Shown: piece by piece, positions 41,951 to 52,645 of the stretch
Layout: each line of letters opens with the position of its first letter
How positions within the stretch are numbered: position 1 is the first letter of the stretch
Assembly (NCBI GenBank): GCA_965198175.1
Contig: OZ240245.1
Coordinates: 1,152,001 to 1,216,000 of the forward strand
From: Candidatus Poribacteria bacterium
Lineage (GTDB): Bacteria > Poribacteria > WGA-4E > PCPOR2b
Length of the DNA stretch: 64,000 nt
Direction of reading: 5' to 3'
Translations under genes and position numbers: made by a program
Notes under the pieces: model-generated
Database searches by the model: none
What the model saw: only the letters and a program-made list of their open reading frames with translations
What the model was told of the DNA's origin: nothing

Positions 41951-44758
41951 TCAGTCGTCCAGCGCGATTCGATGCACCCCCCACCCTCCTGTGCCGGCGT
42001 ACAAAGTTGAGTCTGCAATCAGCAGCGAAATCATAAAGCCAATGGATGGTTTAACGAATTCCCAAGAATCTTGGTCATTCTTGATCCGAAAGATGCCTTT
42101 CTCCCCCGTTGCAAAGAGTGCGTTGCCGAATGCGTCAAGTCCTAACGGAGGCGGCTGCGGCAACCCTTCGTTTGCCGATTCCCAAGTCATACCGTGGTCC
42201 AATGACCGGAACACTCCCAACGGTGACCAAAACTCTCCTGACTCAGAAACGGTGATGTAGGTGGATTTCCCTAAAACGGCAAGGTCTTCAATCTCACGAC
42301 CGTGCCCATCACCCAGCGGGAAAGCCTCGATTTTTGACCATGTGTTGCCTTTATCGTGCGACCGCATGAATTCGCCCTTACGATAAAAATAGACGGTTTC
42401 TCCTGACAAAGCAAATCCGCGATCATTTGAATTCAGATAATCATTAGGGCCGAAACCAATATCAGGACTGATATGCGTCCAGAACTGCTCACCTTTCCGC
42501 CATCGAAAAAGCCGTTTACCGTTGCCCATCCCCGCAAGGGCGTAGAAGGTATCCCCGAAAATCGCAAGCTCCTCAACGCTGTACATCTGATAATACCCTC
42601 TGTGTGGATCGCTATCCATGCGAGCCGTGCGCATCTCGGTTTGCACTGGAATCCATGAATTCTGATTGGGTGCCAAACGGTAAATTCCAGTCGTGCGTGG
42701 ATTGTCTGTACCGAAGCTAGTATCGTTCAAACCGAGATATAGTTCGCCATCTGAGACAGTGAGCGTTCCTACAAATGTCGTGGGCAATCCCCGATGAATC
42801 GGTAGCCATCGGTTTCCACCGTCTACAGATTTGAAAACACTTTTGTGATTGAACGACGAGGCATAGAGTGCGTTCTTGAAATATACAAGACTATCTACCC
42901 CAATACCAATCAACCCATCGTTGATTCGACGCCACGATTCATGACCATCTGTCCACCGAAATACTCCAACTGATGTGCCGATACAGACCGTACGCTCTGA
43001 TAGCGCGACCATGCTCTGAGTCTGGATGTAGTAGTAATTGCCCAATCCGGATGCTTCGGTTGTGCTCCACGACCGCCCATTATCTGTGGAGCGGAGTAAC
43101 TTGGAGCCTTTGGGCATTCCGCGTGAATCGTTGAGCAGGACGTAAATTGCATCTCCGAACGCCGCGACGCCTTCAATCTTGAGAACTTGATTTTCAAATT
43201 CCGGTGTCATCGGCATCCAAGTCCCGCCTTCGTCCGTTGAGCGGCGCAAGTCGGTCTGGCTTCCAACAATCAACGTTTTCTCTTCAGCGATGAGAAATCG
43301 GAGTTTTGGAAGGATTGCGATTTTTGTCCACGACGTTTCACCCGCTTTCAGCCGAAAGACATCGTCACTTACCTTGGCGAAAAGCGTTGTTCCAACTGTC
43401 ATGAGTTTCTCGGGTGGTGCAGACGGCAAACCATCTCGAATGGGCGTCCACGATTCGCCGTAATCATCCGAGTACGCGACGCCATCTTTATCACGACCGA
43501 TGTAGATTCGCGCACCAATGGCGCCGAATGATTTCACCGCCATCTCCGCCTCACCGGCAGGATACCGCACCCACTGCCACGATTCACCACGATCGATTGA
43601 ATAAGCGAACTGCTCATAGTTACTGAGATATAGCGCACCGTTCGACTCTGTTATGGTATGCAGGCCGTCGGATGTACAGCCAATCCAATCATTCATCGGT
43701 GCCCATGAATCACCGCCATCGCTAGAATGAAAGCCCCCCGGTTCGTAAACGTTAGCGTAGAGTGTGCCATCTGACGCGCGAAAGAGCAAAGTAACGTCAC
43801 CGCCGTATGGACCGTTTGTCTGCGTCCATTCGGTGTCGTTGCGTTCTTTGTCCGTTTCCACGTTTCCCGCTGCAACGAAAGCGGTTTCATTCGGTCCGGT
43901 GCCCTTCTTGCCGTCTCGCGGGTTCAAGTGACCCGCACGATTGACGAGCGCCGGTTTCGTTTCCTGTAGATGCATCATCTGTGCGTCAATGAGTTCTACC
44001 CGATTCGCCGGTTCGGGCGCGTCAAGACTGTACGGTTGCTGAAACCGCGTCATTGACCGCTGCCCCAATCCGATGAATAGCGCGACGATAAGCGTTGCCG
44101 TCACAGCAATCCACGGGGCTATCGGTTTGCTCTGTGGTGTGGTTGTTGGGGAAATGCGGTCGATTCGATTCATCGTCTGTTGTGTGAAGGTCGGCGGCAA
44201 TTGAAATGTACCCAATGTTTTCTCCATCATCGGTATCATCTCCTCTTTCAATTGACATCGGGCGCGATAGAGCCGGTCGAGAACCGCACCGCGTGACGTA
44301 CCAATGAACTGCGCAATCTCCTCGCACGTCATCCCACCAAGATAGTGGAGCGTCAAGACCGTGCGTTGGCTTTCTGGCAGCGTTTCTAGCGCATCGCGTA
44401 CCGCTTGACGGGTTCGTTGGTCGGTGTGTTTCGCCCACGCCAGCGTATCCATGTGGTGCTTCTCGACGGTATCGAGCGGTTGCGGCACTAGTCGCTGTTT
44501 TCGATGCCACATCAAGCAGAATCGTGACGCTATTCTGTAGAGCCAACCGGGGAAATGCCGCCAATCTTTGAGCGTGTGGAGTTTTTGGTAGGCTTTGAGA
44601 AAGGTTTCTTGCGTAATGTCTTCTGCGGTGTGGAAGTTTCCGATTTTACGGTAGGCGAGGGCATGAACTGCGCCTTTGTATTTATCGACCAGAAACCCGA
44701 ACGCGGTATCATCGCCGTCCAAAGTACGTCTGATTAGTTCGGCATCGCTGTTTGCCAT
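41951..44758 (-). CDS. ECF sigma-70 factor fused through a TM helix to a BNR/sialidase-like beta-propeller
   Basis: Sigma2 (AEDITQETFLKAY..L...F.GWLYRIA) and sigma4 (LPESQR...EEIAQFIG...RLYRAR); TM WIAVTATLIVALFIGL; SxDxGxxW repeats. Confidence 0.88.
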   Translation of the reverse strand: MANSDAELIRRTLDGDDTAFGFLVDKYKGAVHALAYRKIGNFHTAEDITQETFLKAYQKLHTLKDWRHFPGWLYRIASRFCLMWHRKQRLVPQPLDTVEKHHMDTLAWAKHTDQRTRQAVRDALETLPESQRTVLTLHYLGGMTCEEIAQFIGTSRGAVLDRLYRARCQLKEEMIPMMEKTLGTFQLPPTFTQQTMNRIDRISPTTTPQSKPIAPWIAVTATLIVALFIGLGQRSMTRFQQPYSLDAPEPANRVELIDAQMMHLQETKPALVNRAGHLNPRDGKKGTGPNETAFVAAGNVETDKERNDTEWTQTNGPYGGDVTLLFRASDGTLYANVYEPGGFHSSDGGDSWAPMNDWIGCTSDGLHTITESNGALYLSNYEQFAYSIDRGESWQWVRYPAGEAEMAVKSFGAIGARIYIGRDKDGVAYSDDYGESWTPIRDGLPSAPPEKLMTVGTTLFAKVSDDVFRLKAGETSWTKIAILPKLRFLIAEEKTLIVGSQTDLRRSTDEGGTWMPMTPEFENQVLKIEGVAAFGDAIYVLLNDSRGMPKGSKLLRSTDNGRSWSTTEASGLGNYYYIQTQSMVALSERTVCIGTSVGVFRWTDGHESWRRINDGLIGIGVDSLVYFKNALYASSFNHKSVFKSVDGGNRWLPIHRGLPTTFVGTLTVSDGELYLGLNDTSFGTDNPRTTGIYRLAPNQNSWIPVQTEMRTARMDSDPHRGYYQMYSVEELAIFGDTFYALAGMGNGKRLFRWRKGEQFWTHISPDIGFGPNDYLNSNDRGFALSGETVYFYRKGEFMRSHDKGNTWSKIEAFPLGDGHGREIEDLAVLGKSTYITVSESGEFWSPLGVFRSLDHGMTWESANEGLPQPPPLGLDAFGNALFATGEKGIFRIKNDQDSWEFVKPSIGFMISLLIADSTLYAGTGGWGVHRIALDD

Positions 44759-45053
44759 TTTCATCGCTCCCGATGTTGAGTGGCTTAACGTGGCAATGAC
44801 ATCAGCGTCATTGCCTTCTATTATATTATGATGCACATTGGGGGCAAGAGATCAGATGCGGATGTAATTATTTTTGTGGAATGAGCGGTGAGAGCGAGTC
44901 GTGGGCTGTTAGATAGGTGAGAGATTGCAGGTCACCCATCGTTTGGGAAATGGCCTGAATCAGACAGATTATCAGGATTTTCGTTTCACATGACGATTGA
45001 TTCTCCGGCGACCAGAGTGTTTGAAACCGGGCTGAAGTAAAAAAATGGATTGT

Positions 45054-45764
45054 TTAATGGAGTCGAAACGCGACAGATGCTACGATGTTGTCGTAGACCG
45101 GCACCAGTTCCTCATACCGGGCGCCCGGGCACCAAAAACTGATCTGAAAAATATTAGATCCACTGCTAACATTTCTGAAGAAAACCGTCCGTTTGATTCG
45201 ACTGTCATCGACAAGTCTCATCTCAAAATAGTGACCAGGTCTGCCGTCTTTAGAAAAGTGACTTCCCTGCCGAGTTACTTCGAAACTGTCCGCAGGTAAA
45301 ATAAAGTCAAAAATTTCTATGAGGGTTTCAACGTGCTCTCTCGGTGACCTTATCTCTGAAATTGTCTGTTTTTCGATGAAAATGTAAATTAAAGGGATTT
45401 GTTTTTCAACTGCCTCTAAAATGGTACTCGCAAAATTCTGCTCGGTAGTTAGCTGCATGAGCAGAAGAGAGACGACTGAGTTGAGTTGGCCATGCTCACC
45501 AGCCGCCGCGATCCAAGCCTCTTTCCAAATCTTATCTATCTCTCGCCTTGCCACATTAGATATTTCCAAGACGGTCCAATCATTAACAGGTAGGTTGGAC
45601 ACTCTGAACACGTACTGTTGATTCTGATACGTATCTCCGTGAAGCCCGTAGGCCACGGCGGGCGGTTCCATTTTCGTTGGGAAAGGCAATTCTTCTTCGT
45701 CACCGCCGCACGCGATAAATAAGACCGATATTAGCAGACTCAGAAGGTTCAATAGCCTGTACAT
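45054..45764 (-). CDS. Hypothetical lipoprotein (possibly PsbP/Mog1-like fold)
   Basis: Lipobox LFIAC, AGGAG RBS, C-terminal YEELVPVYDNIVASVAF helix. Confidence 0.7.
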   Translation of the reverse strand: MYRLLNLLSLLISVLFIACGGDEEELPFPTKMEPPAVAYGLHGDTYQNQQYVFRVSNLPVNDWTVLEISNVARREIDKIWKEAWIAAAGEHGQLNSVVSLLLMQLTTEQNFASTILEAVEKQIPLIYIFIEKQTISEIRSPREHVETLIEIFDFILPADSFEVTRQGSHFSKDGRPGHYFEMRLVDDSRIKRTVFFRNVSSGSNIFQISFWCPGARYEELVPVYDNIVASVAFRLH

Positions 45765-45812
45765 TTTCGATTGCTCCTGTGTTGAGTCAAAAAGGATTTT
45801 GCGTTTAAGACC

Positions 45813-45841
45813 ATTCTAAGCGCTTTTCAAAATTGGGTCAA
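45813..45841 (-). promoter_or_regulatory. Putative sigma70 promoter for the lipoprotein gene
   Basis: TTGACC-17 bp-TAGAAT. Confidence 0.55.
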
Positions 45842-45957
45842 GAAGAAAACTAGGGCTAGCTAAGACAAGTGCCACCCCTTTACAAAAATAGCGAGCTGTG
45901 CTATTATTGCACCATTACGGGATGGCGTTGACCACCCAGCACATGGACGGGAAAAAA

Positions 45958-46911
45958 ATGTTACACACCAACGATTCATCGCAAGCTAGCAACGAAGAAG
46001 CCTCCCCAACGACATCGCTTCATCCGATGGGGTTCACGGACATTCTGGACGTAACGTTCAGTCTCTATCGGAATCACTTCCGACTGTTTTTAGGTATCTG
46101 CGCCATCTACTTCGTTGTAGACTTAGGTAGCGCCCTCGTATCGGGTATGGTGTTATTTTTTTTAAACACCATATCGTACAAGGTCATAGACTGGATGATA
46201 CGTTTCTGTGCTATTCTTGTGTTTTATTGCGTCGCAGGTGGGCTAGTTTTCGCTAGTGCTCAGACCTTTCTGGGTCGGCATATTACAATACGCGCAGCAC
46301 TTTTGCAAGTCAAACGCCGGTTTTGGCCCTACGTCGGAAGTGGACTACTCTGGTTGTTAGTTGTCGCGGCACCGGGTATATCCATCACCGTTGGAGCATG
46401 GATGATTTCCATCATAGGTCCCGACCCCGCTGTCAGAGTCGGGGTATTGGCGATTACTGTCGTTGGTATTGCGGTCGCAATCTATCTTGGAACGCGCTGG
46501 AGTTTCTACAGTTTTGCCGCTGTAGTTGAAGAAAACTCGACAATCGGTGCGCTCAGTCGCAGCAGTGAATTGGTCGAAGGCGCTTGGTGGCGCGTCTTTG
46601 GAATCATGCTCGCGATTTTTCTGCTCAGTTTCATGATTGGATTGGTACTGATGGTTGCCTCAATATTCTTCCTTACCTTAACTGGGATTGCTAGTGGCGA
46701 AGGAAGCCTTATGGAAATGATTAAGATAATATTGGAATCAAGTAATATAGGTGACAGGTTCTATTATGTGATGCAAATCTGCATCATATCAGCAGTCACA
46801 ATATTTATCGTGCCGATTATGGTCATCGGTACCACACTGCTTTACTTCGACCAGCGTATTCGGAAAGAAGGGTTCGATATTGAGATGAGGGTCGCGAAGG
46901 ACAAAGTGTGA
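45958..46911 (+). CDS. Integral membrane protein of the GDPD-membrane-domain type found in MoxR clusters, paralogue 1
   Basis: LHPMGFTDILD..FSLYRNHF, ALSRSSELVEGAWWRVFG, LLYFDQRIRKEGFDIE. Confidence 0.8.
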   Translation: MLHTNDSSQASNEEASPTTSLHPMGFTDILDVTFSLYRNHFRLFLGICAIYFVVDLGSALVSGMVLFFLNTISYKVIDWMIRFCAILVFYCVAGGLVFASAQTFLGRHITIRAALLQVKRRFWPYVGSGLLWLLVVAAPGISITVGAWMISIIGPDPAVRVGVLAITVVGIAVAIYLGTRWSFYSFAAVVEENSTIGALSRSSELVEGAWWRVFGIMLAIFLLSFMIGLVLMVASIFFLTLTGIASGEGSLMEMIKIILESSNIGDRFYYVMQICIISAVTIFIVPIMVIGTTLLYFDQRIRKEGFDIEMRVAKDKV

Positions 46912-47003
46912 CAGTATTGAAAATTTCTGAATTGCCCCCAAAGACGCAAAATGCGATAAAATTATCGTCTACCAACCTTGTCTATACCGCATGGAAGGGA
47001 AAA

Positions 47004-47834
47004 ATGTTACATTCCAACGATTCACCACAAGCTAGCGACGGTGAAGTCACCACAACGACATCGCTTCAACCGATGGGATTCACGGACATTCTGGACACAA
47101 TGTTCAGTCTTTATCGGAACCATTTTCGACTGTTTTTAGGCATCTCCGCCGTTCATTTCTTTTCACATATTGCCAATTCTACTTTCGCACATTGGGCGAG
47201 TCTATTCTGTGATATGGTTGTGGAGAGTTTATGCTACGGTTGGCTTGCTTACGCTAGTGCTCAGGTGTATTTAGGAAAACACATTACTGCCCACGTTGCA
47301 TTCAGGCAGGTGAAACTCCGGTTTTGGAATTTGTTCGGAAGTAGTTTGTTCTATTGGTTAGTCGCTGTGCTAATGGGCATTACCATTATCGGTGTCCCGT
47401 TCGCCATTTACTTTTTGACGCGGTGGGGTTTCTACGTACAAGCAGTTATGGTTGAAGAGACCTCAGCGACGAACGCGATGAGGCGCAGCAGTGCATTGGT
47501 CAAAGGCGCGTGGTGGCGTGTGTTTGGCGTCATGTTCGCTTTGTTGCTGCTTTATCTCATGATTGATTTGATACTTATAACCTCCTCAACACTCATCTTC
47601 GCCTTATCAGGGATTGCTGGAGAGATCGAGCTTTTGGAGATGATTCGACAGACGATATGGGGTCCCCATGGTTACATCGAGGGGATCTTGCATCTATTGC
47701 ATGCGATCCAAACAGCAATTGATGCTCTTACGATGCCGATTACGGCAATCGGTTACACCCTACTCTACTATGACCTTCGTATTCGGAAAGAAGGGTTTGA
47801 TATTGAGATGATGCTGGCAAAGGAGGAGGTGTGA
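47004..47834 (+). CDS. Integral membrane protein, paralogue 2
   Basis: Same motifs as paralogue 1; start placed by alignment (ML.. after an A run). Confidence 0.8.
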   Translation: MLHSNDSPQASDGEVTTTTSLQPMGFTDILDTMFSLYRNHFRLFLGISAVHFFSHIANSTFAHWASLFCDMVVESLCYGWLAYASAQVYLGKHITAHVAFRQVKLRFWNLFGSSLFYWLVAVLMGITIIGVPFAIYFLTRWGFYVQAVMVEETSATNAMRRSSALVKGAWWRVFGVMFALLLLYLMIDLILITSSTLIFALSGIAGEIELLEMIRQTIWGPHGYIEGILHLLHAIQTAIDALTMPITAIGYTLLYYDLRIRKEGFDIEMMLAKEEV

Positions 47835-47925
47835 CAGTATTGGGAATTTTTGAATTGACCCGAAGGCGCAAAATGCGATAGAATTATCGTCTGCTAACTT
47901 GTTTATACTGCATGGAGGGAAAAAA

Positions 47926-48828
47926 ATGTTACAACCCAACGCAAGCAACAGTGAAACCGCCGCAACGGCATCGCTCCAACCGATGGGATTTACGGACATC
48001 CTGGACACAATATTCAGTCTCTATCGCAACCATTTTCGACTGTTTTTAAACATCTGCGCTGTTTATTTTGTTTTCAACTTTGGGATTAGCCTGATATTCG
48101 GTCTTTTAGGATTTGTCTTTTACAGTACTAGTGGATCGAGCATGGTAGTAGCAGCAATGATGGTGATAGCAACATTGGTGCTAGGACTATTGACTACATT
48201 TGTAGCTACTCTTTTTACTATTGGTGGACTTATCTTCGCTAGCGCTCAGACCTATTTGGGCAGACACATCACGGCACGCACCGCATTCAGACAGGTCAAA
48301 CACCGGTTCTGGCCCTTCCTCGGATGCAATTTACTCTGGCTGTTAGTTGTCGGGGTGTTAACGATAACCATCGTCGGTATTCCGGTCGCAATCTACTTTG
48401 GAACGCGGTGGGTTTTCTGGAGTCTAGCCGTTCTGGTTGAAGAACACTCGACTATCAATGCGTTGAGACGCAGCAGGGAATTGGTTAAAGGCACGTGGTG
48501 GCGCGTGTTTGGTATCACCTTAGCAATTCTTCTGCTCGCGTTCATGATTCAATTGATACTTGTATTCTCTTTGTTATTCGTGTTGGGACTAACACAGCCG
48601 ATTGGTGGTGACGGAGACTTGGCAGAGATGTTTCGACGGATGTTCCTGCCCGAACTGACGACCTTGGGCGGCTTAGTCGCTTTCGTGATTCGGAACTTCA
48701 TCAGCGACGGCATCACTAGCCTGATGCTGCCGATTGGGGTAATTGGTTCTACGCTGCTCTACTTCGACCAGCGTATTCGGAAAGAGGGGTTCGACATTGA
48801 GATGCGCGTGACCAACGCGGCGGTGTGA
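47926..48828 (+). CDS. Integral membrane protein, paralogue 3
   Basis: Same motifs as paralogues 1 and 2. Confidence 0.8.
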   Translation: MLQPNASNSETAATASLQPMGFTDILDTIFSLYRNHFRLFLNICAVYFVFNFGISLIFGLLGFVFYSTSGSSMVVAAMMVIATLVLGLLTTFVATLFTIGGLIFASAQTYLGRHITARTAFRQVKHRFWPFLGCNLLWLLVVGVLTITIVGIPVAIYFGTRWVFWSLAVLVEEHSTINALRRSRELVKGTWWRVFGITLAILLLAFMIQLILVFSLLFVLGLTQPIGGDGDLAEMFRRMFLPELTTLGGLVAFVIRNFISDGITSLMLPIGVIGSTLLYFDQRIRKEGFDIEMRVTNAAV

Positions 48829-48944
48829 CAGCGGGGAAGAGGAAAAGGCATGACTTAGTTTGAAAACCCTGCGGCGAATCGAGCGTGCTTACGCTCGGAT
48901 ATTCATCGGTGAGATCGCCTCGACTTAGAATTTGCGGGACAAGC

Positions 48945-49628
48945 ATGAAAAAAGGGATACTTATTTGCGCAATACTCCTTCTAGCAACCACCTCTCTAGT
49001 GCTCGCTGTAGGGGCAGAGGAGGAACGATTTAGAAATGAGGTGGAGGCAAATAGCGCTAAGATGGACGTTTCCTTTGAGAAGTACAAGGATATATTATCC
49101 AAGCTCGGCTCGTCCAACGCGCGCAGGAGGGTCAACGAACCAGATGACCGAAATACTAGTACGTTGCACCGCTTCGCGCCCAACACGCCCGGGAGCGTAC
49201 TGCTCTGGCTCGGAACCCTCGTGTTGATTGCTATTATCGTCTTTTTTATCCGGCAAATCCGCAAGAATCTGATTACTGAGACGCGAGATGCGGTGGATGA
49301 ATCCTCAAAAGACACTGTATTAACAGAGCAGGCGGCGCTCACTCAATCTGAAGCGGCGGCAGCATCGCATAACTTTCGAGATGCACTCCGCTTCCTCTAT
49401 TTATCGGCGGTTTTGCACCTCCAGGAAAAGGGCATACTCACCTACGACAAGAGCCTGACCAATCTCGAATATCTCCACACACTGCAGACGCACGCTGAGT
49501 TACAGGACGCCCTGCGGCCGGCGATTCAGGTTTTTGATGATGTGTGGTACGGCTACAAGCCGTGCAACGCGGATACCATCGGAAATTACCGAGAACTGTT
49601 GCAAAAGGTATATCTTACGAGCGGCTGA
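48945..49628 (+). CDS. DUF4129-domain membrane protein
   Basis: Signal peptide, TM helix, ALRFLYL..L...SLTNLEY...FDDVWYG. Confidence 0.8.
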   Translation: MKKGILICAILLLATTSLVLAVGAEEERFRNEVEANSAKMDVSFEKYKDILSKLGSSNARRRVNEPDDRNTSTLHRFAPNTPGSVLLWLGTLVLIAIIVFFIRQIRKNLITETRDAVDESSKDTVLTEQAALTQSEAAAASHNFRDALRFLYLSAVLHLQEKGILTYDKSLTNLEYLHTLQTHAELQDALRPAIQVFDDVWYGYKPCNADTIGNYRELLQKVYLTSG

Positions 49629-49664
49629 GTTCTCTCGTTCTCCTCAACCAGAGAGTGTCAACCG

Positions 49665-50792
49665 ATGAGAAACTCCAAAACTTGCCTCCTCAGCATCGCT
49701 CTGATTGTGCTCTCCCTCTTTGGGGCTTCGTGTAATCTGCTTTATCGGGGCAGCACGCTCTACCGAGTCATGCGAGCGTTGAAATTCCGCGTGACGAGCA
49801 TCGAAGCAGAACAGCCCGCCCGGCTAGATAGGGTGGACGTGCTATTTTTGTGGCGGCTACGTGAAGCCTTAGACGGGAAGGAGATTGAGAAGATACGCCA
49901 CTTTGTCGAAAGCGGCGGCACCCTGATTGTTGCAGGGGACCACCAAGCCCTCGATTCCTTGTTATTCGATTATGGATTAGAGATGCGGAATGCATCAAAA
50001 CCGTTGGAGACTTCCCAGCGAATCCCGATTGATCCTATCTTTCCAAACCGTACAGTCAACGAAATTTACTCCAGAACCAACTTTTCCATCCAACCGATTG
50101 AACGGGATGTGGCGCCGCTCTTCGGGCGGGGGACAGATTATTCAATTGTGACGTTTCGTGAGGGGAACGGACGAGCCTTTTTCATATCCTGTCCCTATAT
50201 TTTCAGCTATTCCGGTCTAAGAGAGGATCGGAACGCAACGTTCCTCTACAACCTGATGACGACGCTGCCCCGCCGTGCGCGTATCGGGCTAGCTGAATCC
50301 CGATACTACCCATTCCGCCAGACTCACTCCGCTGACCCACCAATCCACTTGCTGTTCAAAACGCCGGTCGGTTTGGGCGTCGTTTATATCGGGCTGATTA
50401 TTTTCCTGTTTCTGATTCTCCGCGGGAAAAGATTCGGCAAACCACTAGTGGTCGAGGAGACACACAGGCGCTTCAGTTCAGAGTATGTCCTCGCCATGAC
50501 CGCTCTTTATCAAAAAGGGAACACCCGTTCGGCGATTTTGAAGCAGATTCGCGATACATTCCGATCAGACCTCGCCGCACGGTGGAATATTAACCCGAGT
50601 CTAGATACTGCTAGCTTCGTGGATGAGATAGCTAAACGGAGACCGATTGATACAGACGAACTCCAGGATCTTCTAACAGGTCTTGAATTGCACGGGGGCA
50701 TAACCGAGGCACATCTCCTCGCACTCGCCAAACAGGTTGAAGCCTATCGTGATAAGGAAAAAATTGGACGTACACGACTAGTGCAGCGTTAG
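49665..50792 (+). CDS. DUF4350-domain protein
   Basis: FVESGGTLIVAG, GNGRAF..S.P.IFS...L...NA, RGKRFGKP, EYVLAMTALY. Confidence 0.75.
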   Translation: MRNSKTCLLSIALIVLSLFGASCNLLYRGSTLYRVMRALKFRVTSIEAEQPARLDRVDVLFLWRLREALDGKEIEKIRHFVESGGTLIVAGDHQALDSLLFDYGLEMRNASKPLETSQRIPIDPIFPNRTVNEIYSRTNFSIQPIERDVAPLFGRGTDYSIVTFREGNGRAFFISCPYIFSYSGLREDRNATFLYNLMTTLPRRARIGLAESRYYPFRQTHSADPPIHLLFKTPVGLGVVYIGLIIFLFLILRGKRFGKPLVVEETHRRFSSEYVLAMTALYQKGNTRSAILKQIRDTFRSDLAARWNINPSLDTASFVDEIAKRRPIDTDELQDLLTGLELHGGITEAHLLALAKQVEAYRDKEKIGRTRLVQR

Positions 50793-50942
50793 ATGGGTTC
50801 TATCTCAATGACTAGCAGTCAAGGTTGCCTAGAGCTGTTCAGGAAAACTTCCGTTTAAGCAAACTTGCTTACGGTGTACCGTCAACCGCGATATGTAGAT
50901 TTCCAAGGGCATGTGTAAATATGGACGAAAGGGGCGAAATTC

Positions 50943-51773
50943 ATGGCAACTGAATTGGGATCTCTATTTCGCTTGTCAGCTCCGACCAAGGCGGATATTG
51001 ATTCCTTTCATAATGATGGCTACATCGCCTATCCCGATGTTCTCTCTGACGATGCAAGAGAAAGCCTAATTTCGGAAATTAAGGAATACGAACCTGTGCG
51101 GCATTACCTCAATACGTTAGAGCGGAATGGGGAGGAGCCGAAATCGTATTTCATACGCCCCTGGAACGAACGTGGACTGTATAGCGACCGCCTGATTGAC
51201 GACCCCTTCATAACGTCGTTGTTACGATCAACTATCGGCGACGATTATCATTTTTGTCATTCTGCCCTGAATATCGCACCACGCGGCATTGGGGCAGTGC
51301 CGTATCATCAGGATCATCACCATTGGAGGCATGAGAATCCAATAAACCTCGCTGAACGTGATAAGTATTATGTACAGATTCTGTATTATCCCAACGGATT
51401 CACGCTCGGTGACCGCAATCTGAAAGTCATGCCTGGTAGTCACCGTGTTGCACCAACCGAATCCACAACACCGGAACGAATACTGGCGGGCGAGTTGGAT
51501 GCTGAGGCTGGACGCACGCTCAGAGAGAAACGGCTCTCCTTACCACCTGGTAGTATGGTGTATATTAACGCCCGCATTTTTCATGCAGTTGAGGCGAAAC
51601 CGTTAAATTCTCCACAACCTCACCGAATCTTCAATATTGACATCTTCAAGGAAGCGGGACCCCCACACCGTTACACCCAAGAGATTCCACCTGAATGGAT
51701 GGCGCGTGCCAACGCGATGCGCAAGAAACTGTTTACTCGCGAGGCGTACACAGAGGGTTGTTGGACTTCATAA
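50943..51773 (+). CDS. Phytanoyl-CoA dioxygenase (PhyH) family Fe(II)/2OG oxygenase
   Basis: FHNDGY, YHQD, LKVMPGSH, PPGSMV....IFH. Confidence 0.88.
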   Translation: MATELGSLFRLSAPTKADIDSFHNDGYIAYPDVLSDDARESLISEIKEYEPVRHYLNTLERNGEEPKSYFIRPWNERGLYSDRLIDDPFITSLLRSTIGDDYHFCHSALNIAPRGIGAVPYHQDHHHWRHENPINLAERDKYYVQILYYPNGFTLGDRNLKVMPGSHRVAPTESTTPERILAGELDAEAGRTLREKRLSLPPGSMVYINARIFHAVEAKPLNSPQPHRIFNIDIFKEAGPPHRYTQEIPPEWMARANAMRKKLFTREAYTEGCWTS

Positions 51774-51874
51774 TGCACCGATAGGCTTGCTCTGAGAATC
51801 TGTCTTGCTAAGGGCTGTGCAGCCTGCTCTGGTAGGATAGCTGACGATCGTTTGCACAAAATGTTGAGGATAGT

Positions 51875-52645
51875 ATGACAACAACGAGTCCCAAGGCGTT
51901 TTTGATCGACTTGGATGGCACACTCTATTTCAAGAATGAACCTTACCCAAAAGCAGTTCAAACTGTAAGGTATTTGCGTCAGGAAGGCTATCAGATTCGA
52001 TTCCTTACAAATATCACAGCCAAGACCCCGAAAACGCTTCATGAACAGATGCGCGCCATGGGGTTTGACGTATATGAAAGTGATATTTTTAATGCGAGCT
52101 ACGCATGTCTCTTATATTTACGTTCACAACCCCGCGCACGCTGCTACTTTATGGTTGATGATTCCGTTAAAGAATTTTTCAAAGAGATACCAACAAATAG
52201 TGACGCTCCCGATTTTGTTGTCGTTGGCGACTATGGACACAGGTTTGACTACAACTCTTTGAATAATGCCTTTCGGTTGTTAATGGGTGATGCTGAACTC
52301 ATCGCGCTACAAAAATCACCGTATTGGGTCTCGTCAGAAGGGATACGCTTGGATTGTGGCGCATTTGTGGCGCTTCTCGAATATGCTTCAAATAAGACGG
52401 CGAAAGTGATGGGCAAACCGAGTGAGCTTTTTTTCAAGATTGTACTTGATGATCTTCAACTTCCTCCTAGAGAAGTCATTATGGTTGGCGATGATATCAC
52501 AACCGACATCTTGGGTGCAGAAAGAATGGGGCTGAGAAGCATTTTAGTTAGGACTGGGAAGTTCAAACCCGATCAGTTGGAGAACCCAGTGGCGAAGCCG
52601 ACATGGGTTGTTGATAGTATCTCAGATCTACTCCAGATGTTTTAA
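51875..52645 (+). CDS. HAD-IIA hydrolase (LHPP/HDHD2-like)
   Basis: IDLDGTL, FLTN, GKPS, MVGDDITTDILGA, LVRTGKF. Confidence 0.9.
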   Translation: MTTTSPKAFLIDLDGTLYFKNEPYPKAVQTVRYLRQEGYQIRFLTNITAKTPKTLHEQMRAMGFDVYESDIFNASYACLLYLRSQPRARCYFMVDDSVKEFFKEIPTNSDAPDFVVVGDYGHRFDYNSLNNAFRLLMGDAELIALQKSPYWVSSEGIRLDCGAFVALLEYASNKTAKVMGKPSELFFKIVLDDLQLPPREVIMVGDDITTDILGAERMGLRSILVRTGKFKPDQLENPVAKPTWVVDSISDLLQMF

